DNA of 64,000 nucleotides from an uncultured Elusimicrobia bacterium (GTDB lineage Bacteria; Elusimicrobiota; Elusimicrobia; UBA1565; UBA9628): NCBI GenBank assembly GCA_964600165.1, contig CAZRIP010000005.1, positions 48 to 64,047 of the forward strand, read 5' to 3'. Shown piece by piece: positions 56,145 to 64,000 of this stretch (position 1 is its first letter; each line of letters starts with the position of its first letter). The notes under the pieces were generated by a model. It saw only the letters and a program-made list of their open reading frames with translations, ran no database searches and was not told where the DNA came from. The position numbers and the translations under genes were made by a program.

Positions 56145-56656
56145 GCGAACGGATCGCCGGCCAGCACGCGCGTGCTTCGCGCCGGCACGCCGACGACGAT
56201 GTCTCCCGGGCGCACGTCGGCGCCGACGAGAGAATTGGGCCCGACGGCGGCCCAGTCTCCGACCGTGACGCCGCCGATGACGACGCAGCCGGCGTAGAGA
56301 CGTACTCCGCGCCCGATCCGCGGATAGCGGCCGTTTTTCTCGCCGATCGTCACGCGGCCGAAGATGTGCACGCCTTCCCCGACGACCGAATCGCCGCCGA
56401 TGACGACTCCTTGGGTATGATGGAAGTCGACTCCGCGTCCGATCGTGGCGAGATTGCTGATCTCGATGCCCCCGTTGAGCACGCAGTTGAGCCGCGCCAT
56501 GAGCCGGCTGAGCCGGCGCCGGCCGCGAAAAGCCTGCTGAAGCCTAAAGAGGACGAGCGCCGAGTAGCGAGGATTGGCGAGAAGCATCCGGCAGCGGCTG
56601 AGCCAGCTGGCGTCCGGGAAGAAGCCGTCGTAGGTGAAGCACTCGCGTATACTCAT
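56126..56656 (-). CDS. hexapeptide-repeat acetyltransferase (CysE/WcaB-like)
   Basis: Left-handed beta-helix repeats IGRGVDFHHTQGVVIGGDSVVGEGVHIFGRVTIG. Confidence 0.75.
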   Translation of the reverse strand: MSIRECFTYDGFFPDASWLSRCRMLLANPRYSALVLFRLQQAFRGRRRLSRLMARLNCVLNGGIEISNLATIGRGVDFHHTQGVVIGGDSVVGEGVHIFGRVTIGEKNGRYPRIGRGVRLYAGCVVIGGVTVGDWAAVGPNSLVGADVRPGDIVVGVPARSTRVLAGDPFAWAKLI

Positions 56657-56806
56657 GGGTGTCGATCGCCGCGCCCGCGCGCCGAGACGGGGCGAGGGGT
56701 TCGCCGGCTGCTAAGCGGCATGGATGAGACGTTCGGCGGCGGAGATAGGTGTCATGAGGGATGTTCAAGACAAGCTCATATAAACGCGCCGCAGGAGGAG
56801 ACGGAA

Positions 56807-57505
56807 CTAGTCGGCGAGCCGATAGCGCAGCAGGCACCAAAGATACGAGAAGCCGTCCTTCCACGTGATCTTCTTGCCCTCGGAATACGTGCGGCCGGAG
56901 TACGAGATCGGCACCTCGTAGATGCGCAGGCGGCGCTTGCAGACCTTAGCGCTGAGCTCGGCCTCGATGCCGAACCGCTCGCTCTCCAGGGGGATCGCCT
57001 GCACGAGCTCGGTGCGAAAGACCTTGTAGCAGGTGCCCATGTCGGTCAGGTTGATGTCGTAGAGGACGTTAGTGATGAGCGTGAAGAGCTTGTTGGCGAA
57101 GTAGTGCCAGAAGAGCAGCACGCGGTGAGCCCCGCCGCCCAAGAAGCGCGAGCCGTAGACGACGTCGGCGCGGCCGTCGATCAACGGCGCGAGCAAGGCG
57201 GGGTATTCCGCGGGGTCGTACTCGAGATCCGCGTCTTGGATCAGCGCGAACTCGCCTTGCGCGGCCGCGAGAGCGGTACGCACGGCCGCGCCTTTGCCGC
57301 GGTTGCGCTCGTGCAAGAGGACTTTCACGTTGGGGCGCGCGAGCGCGGCGAGGATATCCCGCGTGCCGTCGGTTGAACCGTCGTCGACGACGATTAGCTC
57401 CTTGGCGAGCGGGATCTGGACGGCTTCCACCCGTGAAAGCAATTCGAGCACCGTCGCCTTCTCGTTGAATACGGGGATCAGAACGCTGAGAGTCTTCGCT
57501 TTCAT
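56807..57505 (-). CDS. family 2 glycosyltransferase (polyprenyl-phosphate sugar synthase-like)
   Basis: Start assigned at MKAKTLSVLIPVFNE. DxD region VVDDGSTDGT and QDADLEYDP. Confidence 0.8.
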   Translation of the reverse strand: MKAKTLSVLIPVFNEKATVLELLSRVEAVQIPLAKELIVVDDGSTDGTRDILAALARPNVKVLLHERNRGKGAAVRTALAAAQGEFALIQDADLEYDPAEYPALLAPLIDGRADVVYGSRFLGGGAHRVLLFWHYFANKLFTLITNVLYDINLTDMGTCYKVFRTELVQAIPLESERFGIEAELSAKVCKRRLRIYEVPISYSGRTYSEGKKITWKDGFSYLWCLLRYRLAD

Positions 57506-58668
57506 GCGGTTTCGGCCCAAGCCCAGATGAATAATAGCAGACTCGTCGCTTGCTCGTTTTGAAAAGCGACCTCGGTGAGGTTCATCACGAGGAAGGCCAC
57601 GCAGGCGCCGAGCGCCCAGAGCCGCGCCGCGTCCGGCGTCCGGCGCGCGCGCGCCGCCGCCCGCGCCGTCATCGTCCACAAGACGGCCGCGAGCGCGGCC
57701 AAGCCCAACAACCCGCGCTCGGCGGCTTGGTGAATGTAGAGATCGTGGGCCGAGCCCCAGGCGTTCTCGTTGTCGGACACGCCGTGGAAGTACTGCGGGT
57801 AGACGGTCCTGTAATTGCCCGGCCCGACGCCGAGAAAAGGCTGATCGCGGAAAATCTGAAAGCCGACTTTCCAAAGCGTCAGCCGCTCGAGATAGGGATT
57901 TGGTCCTGGGTCGTGCATGCGCACGATCATCTGGAGGAACGTATGCCCCGTCGGCAGCATCTCCCAGACGATGAGAAGCAGCGGGCATGCCAGCGCGACC
58001 ACGGCGGCGAGCTTGCGCAGCCTCCGGTCCGCGAGCGCGACGGCCAGAAGCCCGGCGGCAAGCCCTAGGAACGCGCCGCGCGTCTGGTTGAGCAGGAACG
58101 CGAGCCCGGCGACGCCGAGGACCAGGGAAAGCCCCTCGCGAGAGAGCCCCGTGCCTTCGCGCTTGAGGCGAAGGCACAACCCGCCAAGCCAGAGCAGCGC
58201 GACGATCTCACCGAAGGTCACCGGATGGACGAAGCCCCGCGCGCGCACCTCGGAATAGACGAGGTCGCCCGTGCGAAGAAAGAGGACCTGTCCGATGCCG
58301 ACGACGCTGATCAGAACCAGTCCCAGGCCCAGCGCCGCGTAAGCCCGCTTGGGCCGCGTCCAACTCAATGCCACGAGCAGAAGCGCGAGCAGCCAGAGCT
58401 TGTGGAGGTCCTTGTAGAGCATGGCGAAGCTCGTCTCGGGGGCGACGCCGAAGGCCGAGCAGATCGCGGCGACGGCGACGTAGGCGATGAGGGCGTAAAC
58501 GAGCGGGTTTTTCGCCGCGCGCCACGGCGCGCCGGCCCCGGCGAACCAGGCCCATAGAAGCGCCGCGGTCAGCGCGCCGGCCGCCAGGTTCAAGCCCGCG
58601 ATCGACACGGGCGCCGCCGCGCAGAAAAAGAGCAGTGTCCAGGAGACGGCGTCCTTGGGCTTGATCAT
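57502..58668 (-). CDS. O-antigen ligase / polymerase family (Wzy_C) membrane protein
   Basis: Start assigned at MIKPKDAVSW. At least 10 TM helices and a periplasmic loop with the conserved R/H pattern typical of Wzy_C. ATGA overlaps on both sides. Confidence 0.75.
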   Translation of the reverse strand: MIKPKDAVSWTLLFFCAAAPVSIAGLNLAAGALTAALLWAWFAGAGAPWRAAKNPLVYALIAYVAVAAICSAFGVAPETSFAMLYKDLHKLWLLALLLVALSWTRPKRAYAALGLGLVLISVVGIGQVLFLRTGDLVYSEVRARGFVHPVTFGEIVALLWLGGLCLRLKREGTGLSREGLSLVLGVAGLAFLLNQTRGAFLGLAAGLLAVALADRRLRKLAAVVALACPLLLIVWEMLPTGHTFLQMIVRMHDPGPNPYLERLTLWKVGFQIFRDQPFLGVGPGNYRTVYPQYFHGVSDNENAWGSAHDLYIHQAAERGLLGLAALAAVLWTMTARAAARARRTPDAARLWALGACVAFLVMNLTEVAFQNEQATSLLLFIWAWAETA

Positions 58669-59423
58669 TTGCGCCGGGCCACGACCTGCATCGAGTCGCG
58701 CGTGTCGAGATAGAGGAACTTGTCGCGGATGTCGAGCGCGTCGACGAGCCGCTCGACCGCGCGGTAGATCGGCCGCGGGTAGTTCGTCAGGCGGCTGAGC
58801 CAATAGCCCCACGTGAAGATCCGGCCGTAGGAGCGCGCCTCGACGACCTCGAAGCCGCAATTGGCCAGCAGGCGAGAGAGCGTGGCGCGCGAGAAGTAAT
58901 AGACGTGCGCGGGCCGCAGCCCCCACCAGCGCCGGCCGAGCAGGCGCGCCGAGAGGCTGTCGATGTCCGGCGTGACGAGATAGAGCACGCCGCCCGGCTT
59001 GAGAACGCGCGCGAGCTCGGTCACGAGACCTTTTGGGTCGGCCAGGTGTTCGATCACGTCGACTAACGCGGCCGCGTCGAAGGACGCCGCCGGGAAGTGC
59101 GCTTCCTCGAGGGTCGACGCGGGCACGTCGAGCTTTAAGTTCTCAACGGCGAGCTTGCGCGCCCAAGCGGACGGTTCGATTCCGACGACCTCGTAGCCGA
59201 CGCGCGCGGCGTTGAGGAAATAGCCGGCGTTGCAGCCGACCTCGAGCAGCCGCCCGCGCGGCGCGTGGCGGCGCAGCGCCGAGAGCGAGAGATAGGCGTT
59301 CATGCTGCGCGCGTCGGCCTCGGTCACGTAGGTCTCGTCGCTCGACTCGCCGTAGGCGACGAGGAGTTCGGAGGCTTTGACGCGCGGGCTCGTGTAGATG
59401 AGGCCGCAGCCGCGGCAGCGCAC
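58665..59423 (-). CDS. class I SAM-dependent methyltransferase with an N-terminal zinc-ribbon; the annotated GTG start appears to truncate the ribbon
   Basis: Motif I LLEVGCNAGYF. RCRGCGL lies at the start of the ORF, while the in-frame upstream sequence FCNLCGS has no canonical start codon. Confidence 0.7.
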   Translation of the reverse strand: MRCRGCGLIYTSPRVKASELLVAYGESSDETYVTEADARSMNAYLSLSALRRHAPRGRLLEVGCNAGYFLNAARVGYEVVGIEPSAWARKLAVENLKLDVPASTLEEAHFPAASFDAAALVDVIEHLADPKGLVTELARVLKPGGVLYLVTPDIDSLSARLLGRRWWGLRPAHVYYFSRATLSRLLANCGFEVVEARSYGRIFTWGYWLSRLTNYPRPIYRAVERLVDALDIRDKFLYLDTRDSMQVVARRK

Positions 59424-59562
59424 GACGCGGCCGTAGGCACCGAACTGGTCCGTCGTGGCCGTGTAGTGGTGGCCATCGCGGGAAGTGCCGCGCGGTGACT
59501 CGAACGCGACGTCGGCTTCACGCGAGCCGCAGAGGTTGCAGAAGACCTCTTCGAAAAGAGGC

Positions 59563-60675
59563 TCAGCTCGCGGCTCGGGCGTAGAGCTCCTCCCAACGCC
59601 TGATCGCTTCGCCGAGTGAGAAGCGCTCGCGCACGCGGCTCCGACCGTTCTCGCCGAGGCGCCGACGCAGCGCGGGGTCGTCTATGAGCCTGAGCGTGTA
59701 TTCGAGCAACTCCATCTCGTTCTTGGCCAAAAAGCCGGTCTCGCCGTGAACGACGGCGTCGCGGTTGCCGGGTCCGTCCGAGGCGACGACCGGAAGGCCA
59801 TACGCCATTGCCTCGAGGACGGCGTTGGGAAGGCCGTCCCAGAGCGAATAGTGCACGACGACATCCAGCTTTCGCAGCGCGCTTTGCGCGGCGGAGCGCT
59901 CGAGCCAGCCGGTGATCTCGACTTTGGCGGCGAGATTCATGTTTTCGAGATGCCGCCGGACCGAGGCCTCGTCGTCGCCGCCGCCGATCCAGACGCAGGT
60001 CAGCTTGTTGCGCGAGTCCGTCAGGCGCTGCGAGAGATTGACGAAAGCCTCGGGTCGGCGCGCGAAGGTCATGCGCCCGCAGCTGCCGACGCGCAGGCCC
60101 TCATGCGGCTCGGGCGCCGGGGCATCCGGAATCTGATCGAGGAACGCGTCGCAAACGACTTCGACCGGCCGGCGCGGCGACAGGGAGCGCGCGAGCTCGC
60201 CCTCGCTCTCGGAAACTGCGACGATCAAGCCGATCTTCGATAGCGCTCGCTCGACGCCGCGATAAATCGCGCGCGAGAAATCCGAACGATCTTGCTGCAG
60301 GAAGCCGTAGCCGTGCGGCGTGTAATATATCGTATTGACGCCGGCGAGCGCGGCCGCCGACCGCGCCAGAGCGCCGGCCTTCGAGCTGTGCGCGTGCACT
60401 ACGTCGGGCTTTTCCGCTTTGAACAAGCGATACAGCGCGAGGAAAGCCGAAAAGTCCCGCAGCGGCGAGATCTCGCGCGTGAGCGCCTCGACGCGCACTG
60501 CGTTCTTGGCGCCTTGCGCCAAGGCTTGATAGGCGACAGGATCTGCGCCAGGGCGTACATTGTAGACGAGCGTGGTCTCGAAGCGCTTAGGATCGAGTCC
60601 GTTGCAGAGAGCGGCGACCTGGTTGCCCGTGCCCCCCGGCCCGCCGCACTCGATGACTTCGAAGACCTTGATCAT
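59563..60675 (-). CDS. family 4 glycosyltransferase
   Basis: GT-B C-terminal motif DGLPNAVLEAMAYGLPVVASDGPGNRDAVVHGETGFL. Confidence 0.8.
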   Translation of the reverse strand: MIKVFEVIECGGPGGTGNQVAALCNGLDPKRFETTLVYNVRPGADPVAYQALAQGAKNAVRVEALTREISPLRDFSAFLALYRLFKAEKPDVVHAHSSKAGALARSAAALAGVNTIYYTPHGYGFLQQDRSDFSRAIYRGVERALSKIGLIVAVSESEGELARSLSPRRPVEVVCDAFLDQIPDAPAPEPHEGLRVGSCGRMTFARRPEAFVNLSQRLTDSRNKLTCVWIGGGDDEASVRRHLENMNLAAKVEITGWLERSAAQSALRKLDVVVHYSLWDGLPNAVLEAMAYGLPVVASDGPGNRDAVVHGETGFLAKNEMELLEYTLRLIDDPALRRRLGENGRSRVRERFSLGEAIRRWEELYARAAS

Positions 60676-61695
60676 TTAGCGCAGCATCGCCGGAGTGACG
60701 AGCGCATCGGCGGCCGAAGCGCTGCGCAGGGTCTTACCGAGCACTTTCGGTAGTTCTCGCGGCGACAGGCCGGTGCCTGGGCGCTTGAAGGCGAGGTCTT
60801 CCAACCGCAGTTTCGCGCCCGCGGGAAGCGCGCGTGCGAGCACGATGCTGCGTCGCGCCACCTTCATGATCTCGCGTTCAGGTGGGGTCGGCTGCTTGCG
60901 GCCGTCGCCGAGGCTGACGGCGACTTTTTTTAGGCCCGCGCATAGAGTCTTGAGTTCGCCCGGTGAAAGCGACATGGCGTGATCGGGGCCGGTAAGCCGT
61001 TTATCAAGGGTAAAGTGCTTCTCGATGATCCGCGCTCCGAGCGCGGCGGCGGCGAAAGCGATCTCGAGGCCGAGCGTGTGGTCCGAGTAGCCGGTGGGCA
61101 AGGCGAAGGCCTCGGCCAGCGTGCCCATCGCGCGCAGGTTGACGTCTTTGGCGTTCGCGGGGTAGCTCGAGACGCAGTGCAGCAGCGCTATCGACGGCGC
61201 GCCGTTCGCCCTCAAGACTTTCACGGCGCCTTGGACCTCATCGAGAGTGCTCATCCCGGTGGAGAGGATCACGGGTTTGCGTTTGCGCGCGATCCGAGAG
61301 AGCAGCGGGTCGTTGGTTACTTCGCCGGACGGGATCTTGAAGACCTTCATGCCGAGAGAGTCGAGGAAGTCGACGCTGCGGTCATCGAAGGGGGTCGACA
61401 TGAAGACGACCCCGCGTTGCCGGCAGCGCCGGACGACGGCGCGATGGCCTTCGTCGGAGAGCTGGAGCTTGCGCAGCATCTCGAGCTGAGACTGATTACC
61501 GGCGCGCTTCTGGTACTTGGCCTTAGGCGCCGAGGCGGTCGCTAGGTCGTCGGCCTTAAACGTCTGGAACTTGACGGCGTCGGCTCCGGCCGCGGCGGCG
61601 ACATCGACGAGCTTCAAGGCCAGAGCAGTCTTGCCGTTATGGTTGACGCCGGCCTCGGCGACCACGAACGGCCGGCCTTTCGGCAGGAAATCCAT
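60676..61695 (-). CDS. neuB: N-acylneuraminate-type nonulosonic acid synthase (NeuB/PseI/LegI family)
   Basis: NeuB TIM-barrel motifs AEAGVNHNG and FKIPSGE, plus a C-terminal SAF/antifreeze-like domain. Confidence 0.85.
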   Translation of the reverse strand: MDFLPKGRPFVVAEAGVNHNGKTALALKLVDVAAAAGADAVKFQTFKADDLATASAPKAKYQKRAGNQSQLEMLRKLQLSDEGHRAVVRRCRQRGVVFMSTPFDDRSVDFLDSLGMKVFKIPSGEVTNDPLLSRIARKRKPVILSTGMSTLDEVQGAVKVLRANGAPSIALLHCVSSYPANAKDVNLRAMGTLAEAFALPTGYSDHTLGLEIAFAAAALGARIIEKHFTLDKRLTGPDHAMSLSPGELKTLCAGLKKVAVSLGDGRKQPTPPEREIMKVARRSIVLARALPAGAKLRLEDLAFKRPGTGLSPRELPKVLGKTLRSASAADALVTPAMLR

Positions 61696-61704
61696 GCGGC
61701 GCGC

Positions 61705-63279
61705 TTACGCCTTGACCGGGATCGCCTCGGCGGCGGGGATGTTGCCGAAGCGGCGCCGGCCTTCTTTGCGGAAATCGGGGAGGCTTGGCTCGCCGTGCAG
61801 CGCGCGCCACACCTTCTCGTGCTGGCGGATGCGCTTGATGTCGCCTTCGATCAAAAGCTCGCGCAGGCCGAGCAGCTCGACCGCCGTGAAGTTCTCGGCG
61901 ATGACGGCCGTGATCTTAGTCGCGTCGCCGAGATCGAGGATGAACGCCTCCAAGTCGCCGTCGTACTGTTCCTCGATGGTGGCCCTGTATCGGTAAAACC
62001 ACTCGGACCCGGGATACGGAGTGGCGAAGAACGGGTTGGCGCGGATTCCGAGATGCTTCCAGGCGATCGCGGTGTCGATGATGCTGTCAAAAAACTCGTC
62101 GGGAAAGCCGATGATCTGGTTCGGGATCGGGCGGATGCCGGAGGCCATCGTGATCTCGATGGCGCGTGCGTTGTTGGCCGGGGTCGCGCCCTTGCCGATA
62201 TTTTTCAGGACCCGCGACGAGAACGACTCGAGACCGTAGTCGAGGTAGGTGCAGCCGGCCTGGTACATTCGTTGCAAGACGTCGGAGTTGACGAGGCCGG
62301 CGTGGCTCGTGCCGCCCCAGTGTACGCCGTCGCACTTGTCGGGGTCGTGCGGGACGTTCTCGCGGATGCACTCGGGCTGCAGGCCTTCCTTGATCCAGAG
62401 GTCGCAGATCTCCGGGAGCCACTTGCCGCGCGTGGCCGTGTTCATCGTCATCAGGTTTTCGTCGAGGAAAGCGACGAAGTCGATGGCGAAGTTCTGCTTG
62501 AGATACTTCACCATATTGACGATGTAGCGCGGGCTGTGCCAGCGGATGTCGCGGTCGAGGGAGAACTCGACGTCGCGTTTGCCGTGCGCGTCCTCGACGA
62601 CCTTCATGTCGCCGGTCAGGCCCAGGTGGAAGCAGAAGCGGCAGATCAGCGAGCAGCCGTAGCTCATGTTGATGTCGAGCCGGCGCTTGGCGACCATCGA
62701 CGTCTCGGACATCAGGATGCCCGAGTTCTTGAAGTAGACGTCGAGTGGAAACATCTCGTATGCGGGATAGGGCAGCGTATCGAGATCGCGGATGAGGGGT
62801 CGGGCGGCGTTGAAGAGGACTTCGCCGTCGCGCCGGTAACAGATGCCGAGCACGTTCTCCCAATCGGACTCGCCGCGTTCTACCTTCGACAGGATCTCGG
62901 GCCAGGTCTCGAAGGCCTCGCCGATCACACCGATGTCGACTTGTGGCAGCCAAGCCATGACCTCGACGGGCAGGCTCGTCAGCACGCCGCCGCCGATGAC
63001 GATCAGGGATTTGGGCGAAAGCTCGCGCGCGAAGCGCACGATCTTCTTGACGTAGCCGTAGGCCGTCGTGATGCCGCCCGTGGCGACGACGTCCCACTGG
63101 TCGGCCTGAAGGGCTTCCTTGAGGATCGAGTCGTCGGGGCGCCAGGCGTTGCAGTCGAGTATCTGGACCTGATGCCCGGCCTTGTCGGCCAGGCGCGCGG
63201 CGAAGGCGATGCCCATGTGGACGTGCCGGGGCGAGTCCTCGGCACGGATGACCGGCACGACGAACAGGATTTTCGCCAT
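61705..63279 (-). CDS. B12-binding domain radical SAM protein
   Basis: Start assigned at MAKILFVVP. N-terminal cobalamin-binding Rossmann fold and radical SAM CxxxCxxC as MSYGCSLICRFC. Confidence 0.85.
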   Translation of the reverse strand: MAKILFVVPVIRAEDSPRHVHMGIAFAARLADKAGHQVQILDCNAWRPDDSILKEALQADQWDVVATGGITTAYGYVKKIVRFARELSPKSLIVIGGGVLTSLPVEVMAWLPQVDIGVIGEAFETWPEILSKVERGESDWENVLGICYRRDGEVLFNAARPLIRDLDTLPYPAYEMFPLDVYFKNSGILMSETSMVAKRRLDINMSYGCSLICRFCFHLGLTGDMKVVEDAHGKRDVEFSLDRDIRWHSPRYIVNMVKYLKQNFAIDFVAFLDENLMTMNTATRGKWLPEICDLWIKEGLQPECIRENVPHDPDKCDGVHWGGTSHAGLVNSDVLQRMYQAGCTYLDYGLESFSSRVLKNIGKGATPANNARAIEITMASGIRPIPNQIIGFPDEFFDSIIDTAIAWKHLGIRANPFFATPYPGSEWFYRYRATIEEQYDGDLEAFILDLGDATKITAVIAENFTAVELLGLRELLIEGDIKRIRQHEKVWRALHGEPSLPDFRKEGRRRFGNIPAAEAIPVKA

Positions 63280-63343
63280 GAGGACGTCAATTTTACCAAA
63301 TAGTTCAGGGGCTGAACAGGCGGTCTCCGACGGGAGACGCTGC

Positions 63344-63450
63344 GGACTCAACTCTCCCTAAAGGATACTTTGGCTTTCAACTTAGGCCGGCGTGAGTCGA
63401 AAACTCCACCATCGCTGGAGATAGTCGAGTTCGAATATCGATCCAAAAGA
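63344..63450. repeat. copy B of the roughly 70-bp intergenic motif, with a 27-bp insertion, in the divergent region between the radical SAM gene and the FAD oxidoreductase gene
   Basis: See copy A at 21301-21375. Hairpins GTCTCC-GACG-GGAGAC and TTCAG-GGG-CTGAA lie immediately upstream at 63304-63340. Confidence 0.45.
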
Positions 63451-63464
63451 GCTATTTTAGCGCG

Positions 63465-64000
63465 ATGGCTCGCTTCGACTATGTCGTGATCGGCGGCGGC
63501 GTCGTGGGCTTGTCGATCGCCCGCGAGCTCAAGCGGGCCGAGCCCCAATGCTCCGCCCTCCTCCTCGAAAAAGAGCGATCTTGCGGTGAGCACGCGAGCG
63601 GCCGAAACAGTGGCGTGCTGCACGCGGGCTTCTACTACTCGGCCGACAGCTTGAAGGCGAAATTCACGCGACAGGGCAACGTCGCGCTGTCAGCCTATTG
63701 CGAGGCCAAAGGTATCCCGCTCAATCGCTGTGGCAAGCTCGTCGTCGCGAATGGTCCGGAGGACCTTGCAACTATGGATGAGTTGCTGCGCCGAGGGAAG
63801 GCCAACGGCGTCCCGCTCGAAAAGATCCCCACCGAGGAAGCGGTCAAGATCGAGCCGCGCGCAAAAACGCACAAATACGCGCTGTGGTCTCCGTCGACGG
63901 CGTCGGTCGACCCCAGGCTCGTCGTCGCGGCGATGAAGCAGGATGCCGCCGACGAGGGTGTCGAGGTGAGGGAGGGGGTCGCTTACGAAGGGCGCCGCGG
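63465..64000 (+). CDS. FAD-dependent oxidoreductase, L-2-hydroxyglutarate oxidase/dehydrogenase-like (3' end outside window)
   Basis: MARFDYVVIGGGVVGLSIAREL dinucleotide-binding motif. The frame is open to the window edge. Confidence 0.7.
   Translation, partial: MARFDYVVIGGGVVGLSIARELKRAEPQCSALLLEKERSCGEHASGRNSGVLHAGFYYSADSLKAKFTRQGNVALSAYCEAKGIPLNRCGKLVVANGPEDLATMDELLRRGKANGVPLEKIPTEEAVKIEPRAKTHKYALWSPSTASVDPRLVVAAMKQDAADEGVEVREGVAYEGRR

Noticed and set aside
63280-63351. N-terminal extension of the radical SAM ORF (MSPQRLPSETACSAPELFGKIDVL), and a cobalamin riboswitch in the leader.
   Set aside because: B12-binding radical SAM enzymes start at the MAKILFVV-type Rossmann strand, and the extension covers conserved hairpins. 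No B12-box (GCCACTG) was found on either strand. The riboswitch idea was therefore dropped and the upstream start kept only as an alternative.

Overview
This is a 64 kb, very GC-rich (about 70%) bacterial chromosomal segment, densely coding on both strands. I found no rRNA, tRNA or CRISPR. CDS coordinates come from the supplied ORF track plus codon arithmetic; coordinates of non-CDS features come from counting sequence lines and may be off by 1-2 nt. The spurious antisense ORFs that the high GC content generates were filtered out. The recognisable genes are as follows. Housekeeping: aroB (partial) and aroQ, argS, dusB, a nadD-HD fusion, rsfS, class A PBP, glgP-family phosphorylase, FprA-like reductase, DJ-1/PfpI, and a 2-hydroxyacid dehydrogenase. 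A MoxR / DUF58-transglutaminase pair. Three PilT-family retraction ATPases, two of which, together with a cNMP-binding protein, sit inside the conserved nadD...rsfS operon. ComF, a cytoplasmic PAS histidine kinase, a CheY-like receiver, and an ECF sigma / zinc-finger anti-sigma pair. A large cell-envelope glycan toolkit, spread over two regions. Region 28972-32588 holds UXS, Ugd and a WbpA/WecC-like dehydrogenase. Region 53539-63351, a ten-gene minus-strand cluster, holds a WbaP-like phosphotransferase, GT2 and GT4 transferases, an O-antigen-ligase-like protein, a NeuB-like nonulosonate synthase, a B12-binding radical SAM, a methyltransferase and an acetyltransferase. The toolkit also includes two paralogous TPR-containing PMT/TMTC-like GT-C proteins and a GT39/ArnT-like protein. 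A 1933-aa secreted protein ending in a C-terminal Phe lies at 47583-53384 and is predicted to be a giant outer-membrane beta-barrel. Things the gene calls do not explain: (1) a sharply delimited low-GC (about 45-50%) 1.6 kb island at 6560-8170 carrying a hybrid-motif UDG-superfamily protein and a zinc-ribbon membrane protein; (2) an 819-bp cassette at 46758-47576 consisting of a solo SAM methyltransferase bounded by 36-bp terminal inverted repeats (33/36 identical) and a 5-bp direct repeat TCAAC, resembling a transposase-less mobile insertion cassette; (3) a 45-codon internally deleted copy of a receiver domain directly upstream of the intact receiver gene, with its own TATAAT box; (4) a small secreted protein carrying all the protein-kinase core motifs; (5) a secreted nucleotidyltransferase-fold protein; (6) a roughly 70-bp intergenic motif present twice (21301-21375 and 63344-63450); (7) tandem hairpin repeats and a perfect 17-bp palindrome in two regulatory regions.
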